In this document: positions 57,224-64,000 of the stretch, piece by piece | How the letters are laid out: each line of letters starts with the position of its first letter | How positions within the stretch are numbered: the stretch's first letter is position 1 | From: an uncultured Gammaproteobacteria bacterium | Lineage (GTDB): Bacteria > Patescibacteriota > Patescibacteriia > CAZSQN01 | Assembly: GCA_964609095.1 (NCBI GenBank) | Contig: CAZSQN010000003.1 | Location: 12,687 to 76,686 of the forward strand | Length of the DNA stretch: 64,000 nt | Direction: 5' to 3' | Notes under the pieces: model-generated | What the model was told of the DNA's origin: nothing | Seen by the model: the letters and a program-made list of their open reading frames with translations, nothing else | Databases searched by the model: none | Made by a program: the position numbers and the translations under genes

Positions 57224-57251
57224 CTCCGCACATAACTTTTTATGCGCGGGG
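57224..57251. repeat. Minimal (empty) CCCCGCACATAA-family element
   Basis: TCAA-ctccgcacataa-cttt-ttatgcgcgggg-TCAA. Confidence 0.6.
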
Positions 57252-57304
57252 TCAATTCTCCAAACCCGAAATTAAAAAACTCCGCACGAATGCGGAGTAA
57301 ATTT

Positions 57305-58663
57305 TTATTTAGAACACATCTTACGGGCAACGACCACGCCCATCATTGAGGCCTGAAGCAAGCCGCGCGTGCGGCCGGAACCGTCGCCTCCCACATAAAG
57401 ACCGGGGATTTCCGTTTCAAAGGTCTGTTCGTCGGTCTCCACTTTGTTGGAGTAGAATTTGACCTCAATGCCGTAAAGCAAAGTATGCTTGGAGGCAATG
57501 CCCGGAGCGATTGCTTCCAGCGCGTCAAGCATTTCCACAATGCCGACCAAATGCCGGTGCGGAATAGCCAGGGCCAAGTCGCCGGGAATGGCTTCCGGCA
57601 TACTCAAAGTCGGCTGAACCATCCAAGTATGCATTTTTTCCGCTTTGGAGCGCCTGCCGTCGCGAAGGTCTCCCAGCCGCTGTACCAGCACGCCGCCGCC
57701 GGCCAGCTTGTTAGCCAGGCCGGAAATGTATTTGCCGTAGCCGAGCGGGTCGTCAAACGGCTCGGTAAAAACCTGCGTCATCAGCATGGCAAAATTGGTA
57801 TTGTTACTCTTCCTTTCCTTATAGGAATGGCCGTTTACGGTCTTTAATCCGCGATAATTTTCTATGGACACAAACCCACCGGGACACATGCAGAAAGTCC
57901 GCACCCTGTCTCCGTTTCTTGACTCAAAATAAAGCTTGGCTTCGTAAAGCAGGTCGGTAATCTGCCGCAGGGTATCGTCGCGCACCTCCACCCGCACGCC
58001 GACATCAATGCCGTTATTCATCAACTTGAGGCCAAGGCCGCGCGCCTGTTCGCTAAACCATTCCGCCCCGTCTCTGCCGGGTGCAACAAGCGTCTTCGCG
58101 GCCAAAATATCGCTTCCGTCCTCCAGGAGAAGGCGAACGCCAACGCCCGGCTCGGGAACGATTTTATCCACGGCAATCCCCGTTCGGATTTCCACTCCGT
58201 TTGAGTAAAGATGCGCTCTGATATTTTCCACAATGACATAGGCCGTATCCGTGCCCAAATGCCGGATGGGAAAATAAGCAAGGTCTAGGTTGGCGGAGAG
58301 CGCCTTGATGCGCAGCGCCTGAACCTTTTCCCATTTTTCTTGGTCGCTTTTCGCGTCAATTATCTCCGGATGACCGCCAAAATGCAGGTATTGCCTGTCC
58401 ACATAGGCCATCAGCTCCAAAAAAGCGTCTTCGCCAAGGCATTGGCCCATCACGCCGCCGACGCAGCTTCCCAAATCCAGCTTGCCGTCGGAAAACGCTC
58501 CGGCTCCTCCCCAGCCGGAAACGGCATGCTCCTTGTCCCCCATTTCGCGGATAGGCCCGCGCTCAATAATGGCAATCTTTAGTCCCGGATTGATTTTTAC
58601 CAATTCCAACGCGCAAAACATTCCGGCCGGGCCGGAGCCAATGATGGCAATATCGTATTCCAT
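57305..58663 (-). CDS. NAD(P)/FAD-dependent oxidoreductase
   Basis: IGSGPAG, GGAGAFSDGK, RTFCMCPGG, NGHS, EVKFYS; start MEYD after AGGAG. Confidence 0.88.
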   Translation of the reverse strand: MEYDIAIIGSGPAGMFCALELVKINPGLKIAIIERGPIREMGDKEHAVSGWGGAGAFSDGKLDLGSCVGGVMGQCLGEDAFLELMAYVDRQYLHFGGHPEIIDAKSDQEKWEKVQALRIKALSANLDLAYFPIRHLGTDTAYVIVENIRAHLYSNGVEIRTGIAVDKIVPEPGVGVRLLLEDGSDILAAKTLVAPGRDGAEWFSEQARGLGLKLMNNGIDVGVRVEVRDDTLRQITDLLYEAKLYFESRNGDRVRTFCMCPGGFVSIENYRGLKTVNGHSYKERKSNNTNFAMLMTQVFTEPFDDPLGYGKYISGLANKLAGGGVLVQRLGDLRDGRRSKAEKMHTWMVQPTLSMPEAIPGDLALAIPHRHLVGIVEMLDALEAIAPGIASKHTLLYGIEVKFYSNKVETDEQTFETEIPGLYVGGDGSGRTRGLLQASMMGVVVARKMCSK

Positions 58664-58788
58664 TATTTTTCTCCTTGTGTCAAAGAACCCTAACAAGGGT
58701 AGCAAAAACCGCCTTTGTTGACAAATACCGCGAGCATTAAAAATCTCAGCTTTTAAGCGAAGATTTTTATGCGATTGCAAATTTGAAA

Positions 58789-60126
58789 TTATATGATGAG
58801 CGGCAGTTTTTCCAGCTTATACGGCTTGCCGGTGATAATCTCTTCAATGCGGAACGCGCCGTGCGTTGGCGCTTCTATAAACCCGCTCCAGGCCATGCGG
58901 GCAAAAGCTCCGTTTTCCACCCAGTCAAAAAGCCATTCATTGGTATAGCGCGGGTCGTTCATAGTAACGCCGCCGCCCATAACCTTTAGCCAAATCTTGT
59001 TAAAATCCTCCTGGCTTCCCACCGGCGGGGCCATAATAATCGGCAGTCCAAGTCCCGTGTAAAAGGACAGTTCTGACGGCTTGGTCCACAAAATGTCCGT
59101 GGTGCGAAGCATCTTGGTAAACTCGCGGAAATAATCAGCCCGCGTTTTCCAAATGTTCACGTTTATCCAACTGCCTAATTTCTTGCCCAAATTGGCGGCA
59201 AGCGCCGTTTCGGTAAAAAATCTGGCAACCTCCTTGCGGGAGCCGGCGACCAAGTTGACCCGTATCTTTTTTTGGCGGATTTTTTCCGACAAACTTTTGA
59301 TAATATGAGCGCCGATTTCTTTTTGCGCTCCGGCGCCGCCCACGGTAAAAGTGAGAGTAAGCGGATGGGACGGTTTTCTGGTGCAGTGATGCGAAGGCAA
59401 AAATTCGTGCAGAGTCATCTCATAGCGCTGGTTAAAAATTTTATTAGGGTCAAGATTGCAAAGGCGGGCTGACAAATCTTTTTTAGCTATCTCGGCGCGG
59501 GAACCGCCCACCAATTCTTTGGGCAAAGGAAAGCCGGTCAAATAGATATTTTCTTCGCGCACGCCGTAAAGCTTGAGCCGCTCCGCAACCCTTCCGGTGG
59601 GAGCAAAATACTTTATCCGGCTTCGCTTGGGGTCAAGCGCGACCCAGGCGCGATTCATATCCGTATCGGTTACTAGACAATAAATATCGCCCGGATATTG
59701 CCAAAACTCGGCCACAAACGCCGGAAGAGGAAAAGTGCAAATTATCGGGAGCGGGCGCTTACCAAGCTCCATAATCAAATGCTTACACCATTCTTTTCTT
59801 TCAATCAAACGATAGGTCTGCTTAAGCTGGAAACTTGGCTTGGAAAGGTCGCGCCGGGGATAAAACGGCTCTATTTCCTGCAGGCGGTCCATTAAACCGA
59901 AAAGGGCTTCGCCTATAACCGGCGCCGGCTTTAACCTGGATACGGCTTCGTAAATTGATCTGTTTTGCGTCCAAATATCCCTATCGCTTTTTGGTATGCC
60001 AGGATAATTATTGGCAACGATAATGCCCCCTTCCGCCAGATGGCGCAGTCCATAAGCGGCCCGCTCATGGCCATAGCCCATATCCACGGCGATGACCCAT
60101 GCTTTTCCTTTAGGTAATCTGCTCAT
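58789..60126 (-). CDS. GT-B fold protein resembling diacylglycerol glycosyltransferases
   Basis: DMGYGHERAA, VTD, TGFP, WTKPSE, QE..N. Confidence 0.6.
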   Translation of the reverse strand: MSRLPKGKAWVIAVDMGYGHERAAYGLRHLAEGGIIVANNYPGIPKSDRDIWTQNRSIYEAVSRLKPAPVIGEALFGLMDRLQEIEPFYPRRDLSKPSFQLKQTYRLIERKEWCKHLIMELGKRPLPIICTFPLPAFVAEFWQYPGDIYCLVTDTDMNRAWVALDPKRSRIKYFAPTGRVAERLKLYGVREENIYLTGFPLPKELVGGSRAEIAKKDLSARLCNLDPNKIFNQRYEMTLHEFLPSHHCTRKPSHPLTLTFTVGGAGAQKEIGAHIIKSLSEKIRQKKIRVNLVAGSRKEVARFFTETALAANLGKKLGSWINVNIWKTRADYFREFTKMLRTTDILWTKPSELSFYTGLGLPIIMAPPVGSQEDFNKIWLKVMGGGVTMNDPRYTNEWLFDWVENGAFARMAWSGFIEAPTHGAFRIEEIITGKPYKLEKLPLII

Positions 60127-60158
60127 AACTTCTATAATATTATAACAAAAAATCCCCC

Positions 60159-61775
60159 TTATCCGCCAAAAGCGACTTGGGATGAATCCGGCGGAGCGGT
60201 TTCAGAAACCGCATAAACGGGATCGCCAAGCCGATAATTGGCAAAAAACGCGTCTGACAATTCTTCCACACCCTGCCTCCAATCATCTCCGTAAATAACT
60301 TTGGCCAGCTCCTCGCTGGTTATCCAGCGAATTATTCCGTCCGGCGAAGCGGCATAAATCTTAGAATCGGTCTGAAATTTAATCCGTTTTTTTGGCACTT
60401 CTTCTCTAAGAACCGCCGGACTCACCAAAATCGGGGCTGCGGCCGCCTCTGTTTCCTTAAACGCCAGCCGCGAGGCCTCGTCCATCCTTTGCATCATATT
60501 TTGCTTTAAGGACAAGTGAGCGTAAACCGGACGCAGTTTATTGAGATAATTTATTGTCTCCGCCTTAAGCGAACCCTTTTTCAAAAAGGCGATTTTTGCC
60601 ACTAAATCGTCATGGTCTTTTTGCGCGCTTCCGAGTTCGGCCCTTAACTTTTTCGCTTCAGCATTGGTTTGGGCTTTTTTAATTTTGCTTTTTAATTGTG
60701 AAATCTTCGCGTCAATTGATTTATGCCGGATGTTTTCTTTCGCTATGTCCACGAAATGGTCAGCATTCCACAGTTCGCCCCACGCGCGAATGGCATAAGA
60801 CACCCTGCTGCTACCTCCATTATAAGAAGCCGCCAGATATTCTCCTATAAGCACGGGGTCGGCAAACGCGCGCTCTTTTATATTATTCGGCAGGACATTA
60901 AGCTGTATATCCATAAAAGCCACTTGGGCCAAAATGGAATTTGGATGGTCTGTCATCGCGTCCTCAAAATACGCGATTAAACCCAAATCAGGCCGCGATG
61001 CCCTTAGCGACTTATAGGTCTTGGGCATAAATTGGGCAATGCCTCTTGCGCCGGCGCTGCTTCTGGAATAATTAAAGGTGTTAGTCGTATTAAGGCCGAA
61101 AGTGGTATAAAGGCGGCGAAGCGCGCCGTCAAAATCGCCCAAAAGAGTCGTGGTGCCGATATGCTCTATTAAAATCAGCGACTCAACCATCTGCCGGTTC
61201 AAAACCTCGGTTATTTTTTTATCAGGAAAAGCGCGCGATTTTGTCCCAAGCGCTTCTAACTTGTTATAAGCGCCGGCAATCAGATTATCCACATAGGCCT
61301 GGCCATTCCCGAGTATCTCCGGCGATTCCAAATCCTTTGAATACGCGGAGTAAACAACATCCTCCGGATAACGAACTTCAATGCCTTTTTTATTAAGATT
61401 GCGCAAGGTGACGGGATACTTCATCGCCACCACGAGCTGACTCTCGGGACTGATTACTTTAAACTCGGTATTGACGCCATTATTATTTAACATCAATATC
61501 TTCCAATCTTTATCGCCCAAAACAGCGGCTTTTTTATTAACCACGGAAATATCGATGATTTCAATTTCGCCGGTATTCTTATCAAGCGCCGCGAGCGCGA
61601 TTCTGTCTTCTCCTTTTTTGGGTTTTGACGGTTTGGGGATTTTGTATTTTTGAAGCAATTCCTGCCCTTGGCGCACCTTTTCTAAAAGAGTCCATTGTTT
61701 TTCTTCGGCAAAAACAGAGGATGGAACAATCAGCGCCAAAAACACAAAAGATAATAAAATGACGGGCTTACGCAT
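60159..61775 (-). CDS. Secreted lytic transglycosylase-like protein
   Basis: SSAGARGIAQFMPKTY, AASYNGG; signal peptide. Confidence 0.75.
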   Translation of the reverse strand: MRKPVILLSFVFLALIVPSSVFAEEKQWTLLEKVRQGQELLQKYKIPKPSKPKKGEDRIALAALDKNTGEIEIIDISVVNKKAAVLGDKDWKILMLNNNGVNTEFKVISPESQLVVAMKYPVTLRNLNKKGIEVRYPEDVVYSAYSKDLESPEILGNGQAYVDNLIAGAYNKLEALGTKSRAFPDKKITEVLNRQMVESLILIEHIGTTTLLGDFDGALRRLYTTFGLNTTNTFNYSRSSAGARGIAQFMPKTYKSLRASRPDLGLIAYFEDAMTDHPNSILAQVAFMDIQLNVLPNNIKERAFADPVLIGEYLAASYNGGSSRVSYAIRAWGELWNADHFVDIAKENIRHKSIDAKISQLKSKIKKAQTNAEAKKLRAELGSAQKDHDDLVAKIAFLKKGSLKAETINYLNKLRPVYAHLSLKQNMMQRMDEASRLAFKETEAAAAPILVSPAVLREEVPKKRIKFQTDSKIYAASPDGIIRWITSEELAKVIYGDDWRQGVEELSDAFFANYRLGDPVYAVSETAPPDSSQVAFGG

Positions 61776-61878
61776 ATAGATAATATACAAGATAAATCGC
61801 CGATGCTCAATCGCGCGTATCGCGAATCACGAAAAAGACCGCCCAATTTAAAACCCCCCGATTTTATCGGGGGGATTT

Positions 61879-62262
61879 TTATGCCTTTTTTGTTCTGGAT
61901 TTTATTGAAAGCAGTTTGACTTTTTCAACCACTTCGTCAATCGGATGCTGGACTTTGACAAAGTAATCGTCGGCGCCCAAAGCCAGCGCCTTTTTAATGT
62001 CTTCATCAGTATCCAGATTGGTCAAGACAATTACCGGAATCTTTTTAAATTCCTCATCGGCTTTTAAATCGGCCAATACTTCCAGCCCATGCTTTTTAGG
62101 CAGAATTAAATCCAGAAGCACGACATCGGGAACAAATTTAGAAATATTGGTCATTGCTTCTTCGCCGTCAGACGCAACGTCTACTTCAAAATTCTCTCTT
62201 TCAAATTTTTCTTTAAGCACTCTCGCGAGCACTTCTTCGTCTTCAACGATAAGTAATTTCAT
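61879..62262 (-). CDS. Single-domain response regulator
   Basis: VEDE, LLDLILP, LTN, K. Confidence 0.92.
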   Translation of the reverse strand: MKLLIVEDEEVLARVLKEKFERENFEVDVASDGEEAMTNISKFVPDVVLLDLILPKKHGLEVLADLKADEEFKKIPVIVLTNLDTDEDIKKALALGADDYFVKVQHPIDEVVEKVKLLSIKSRTKKA

Positions 62263-62280
62263 ACGGCTAAAACATTATTA

Positions 62281-64000
62281 TTATTTATTGATTTCTTCAA
62301 TATTTTCAATAATATACTTTTTGACCCTGTCCTGATTTGTTCTGACGCGCTTCAACAAAAATTTTATCTCAGTGACGCCTTTCTCGTCAAGTTCTCCGTC
62401 CAATTTCGAAATAACGGCTTCTATGCTCTTGCCTACGGCGTCAAAGGCGTTAACAACATCCCGCTCGGCAATAATGATTTTCCTGTTTCTTTGCTTGCTC
62501 GCGAGATTCTGCAAATACCAGCCGGCTGCCGCACCCGCGCCTAAAAGAGCAAGGAGAAAAAACAAAAGCCATGCTTTGGAGAGTTCAAACCCGCCAATGA
62601 CAATAAACGGCCTTTCACGCACGGATACTTCCGCGCTCACGGGCAAACTTAACGCTCCGCGCTCGTCTTTTGCCCTAACCCTTACGATGTAATCGCCCTT
62701 TTTAAGGGGTTCGTCAACTTTAAACGACCAATTGCCTTCTGCTCCCGTCTGAACCACTTTTGAAGCTGCCAGAACATCTGGCTTTTGCAAAACCTCCACT
62801 ACCACATACAAATTCGGAAGAGCCGTGCCCACTACTTCAAGCCCGCCTTCGCCGATAAACAATTGTTTGGTCACGGAAAATATGGTCGGGGAAGCAATTG
62901 GCAATATCTCAAATTCCGCTGGTTTTTCGGTTGAATTGCCGGCATTGTCTTTGACGGAAACTCTTACTTTATATTTAGCCGGAGGCAGAGGCGAAAAGGT
63001 ATAAACGGCTTCCTCCGTTTCTATCACCTCTCCGCCTTCAAGCTGAATAGCGTAATTGGCCACGCCCGAATTCTCGTCTCTCGCCTGAAATTCCAGAGCG
63101 GGCGTCGGGTTATCGCTGGCTGCGCCCTGTTTGATATTTATATCCTGCATAATGGGCGCGGTTTTATCAATCGCCAGGCGATAATTGGCCGTCTGCCCCC
63201 AGCCGATATTATTTCTAAAACGGACATGCAGATACCAAATGCCTTCCTGGAGCGAGCCAAAGGCCTTATTGTCAAAAAGCCCTTCTGACTTTGTTGGCGC
63301 AAACACCGGCCGCTTATCAAGAGAAGTGGCCACATCCGTGACATCCGGCGGTAAATCCCACTTTACCGTAAAAACGGAAGTAACATTATAAAATTTATCC
63401 GGATCGGGATAGAACTCCACAACCAGTTCCGGCTTATCCGGCGCTTTTGCCGCCTCCACCGCCTTGCGGGTTATCTGCGCGGGCGCCGGCACAATCTCCG
63501 GCTGCGGCGCCGGAGCCGGCGCAGGCGCCTCAACCGAAGCTTTTGCCGGAACATTTATCTGAATTCCGACCATTGACGAGAGCACATTGGTGCCGCTGCC
63601 GTCTGCCGCCGTTACCGCGCCGTCGGCAAAAGAAATCTGCGCCGTGCCGCTTCCCACAACCTTAAAGGTCGCCCGCAAAACCTGCAAAACGCTTCCGTTA
63701 AAATCAGAGCTTGAACCGCCGATAAAGCTGATTTCTCCATTCGCATTAGAATAGATTGGCTCTTCAACCCAAAATGTTATTACCGAGCCGGTTTTATCCA
63801 GCTTTACTGCCTGCAATATATCCGCTGGATAGCGCAAAGCCGCCTGAATGGCGTTAGCGCTTACCCTCTCGCTGTCCAATTTAATGTCCACAATCAGCTG
63901 GTCTCCTACTGAAGCGATTGTTTTATCCGGCGCCAGATATAATTTTGCGGCGCTTGCTTCGCCGCGCGTAAAAACAACTCCGGCAAACACCATCGCGAAA
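62281..64000 (-). CDS. Cohesin + Ig-like domain surface protein with C-terminal TM (true start probably beyond the window)
   Basis: Cohesin-like N-terminus, WYLHVR..GW, IDKTAP, DENSGV, DNAGN. Confidence 0.8.
   Translation of the reverse strand, partial: FAMVFAGVVFTRGEASAAKLYLAPDKTIASVGDQLIVDIKLDSERVSANAIQAALRYPADILQAVKLDKTGSVITFWVEEPIYSNANGEISFIGGSSSDFNGSVLQVLRATFKVVGSGTAQISFADGAVTAADGSGTNVLSSMVGIQINVPAKASVEAPAPAPAPQPEIVPAPAQITRKAVEAAKAPDKPELVVEFYPDPDKFYNVTSVFTVKWDLPPDVTDVATSLDKRPVFAPTKSEGLFDNKAFGSLQEGIWYLHVRFRNNIGWGQTANYRLAIDKTAPIMQDINIKQGAASDNPTPALEFQARDENSGVANYAIQLEGGEVIETEEAVYTFSPLPPAKYKVRVSVKDNAGNSTEKPAEFEILPIASPTIFSVTKQLFIGEGGLEVVGTALPNLYVVVEVLQKPDVLAASKVVQTGAEGNWSFKVDEPLKKGDYIVRVRAKDERGALSLPVSAEVSVRERPFIVIGGFELSKAWLLFFLLALLGAGAAAGWYLQNLASKQRNRKIIIAERDVVNAFDAVGKSIEAVISKLDGELDEKGVTEIKFLLKRVRTNQDRVKKYIIENIEEINK

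Overview
A 64-kb stretch of a bacterial chromosome. The gene repertoire and style suggest Patescibacteria/CPR (Parcubacteria-like, genetic code 11); this is an inference from the VirB4/HerA-like ATPase, cohesin-domain and shufflon-like surface proteins, a short PaaX/Cas2-like gene and mostly SD-less core genes. Core genes: tatD, metG, rsmI, thiI, cysS, hrcA-grpE-dnaK-dnaJ with a CIRCE site, yidC, murF, ftsI-like PBP, uppS, rarA, prs, class II nrdJ with two NrdR boxes plus cobO, and tRNA-Glu(CTC) and tRNA-Pro(CGG). Accessory genes: an oxidative-stress cluster, two restriction-modification loci (one with a LexA-methyltransferase fusion), an IPT/MiaA-like prenyltransferase and a protein-mannosylation-like cluster. 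The most striking content is non-coding. (1) Two independent two-RNA modules (23.7-23.9 kb and 28.4-28.7 kb) each pair a small tRNA/tmRNA-shaped RNA with a separately promoted, terminated ~60-nt sRNA. The free 5' end of each sRNA is complementary to the anticodon-position loop of its partner; the architecture is shared but the sequences are unrelated. (2) A ~870-nt promoter-to-terminator structured transcript (6.5-7.4 kb) carries three aberrant tRNA-like domains and an 8-codon ORF. (3) An intact tRNA-Glu is nested inside a split tRNA-Glu shell. There are also a recurrent boxA-like motif ahead of SD-bearing genes and several families of short palindromic or inverted-repeat elements, some inserted in-frame in proteins. 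All structures were folded by eye; no searches were run.
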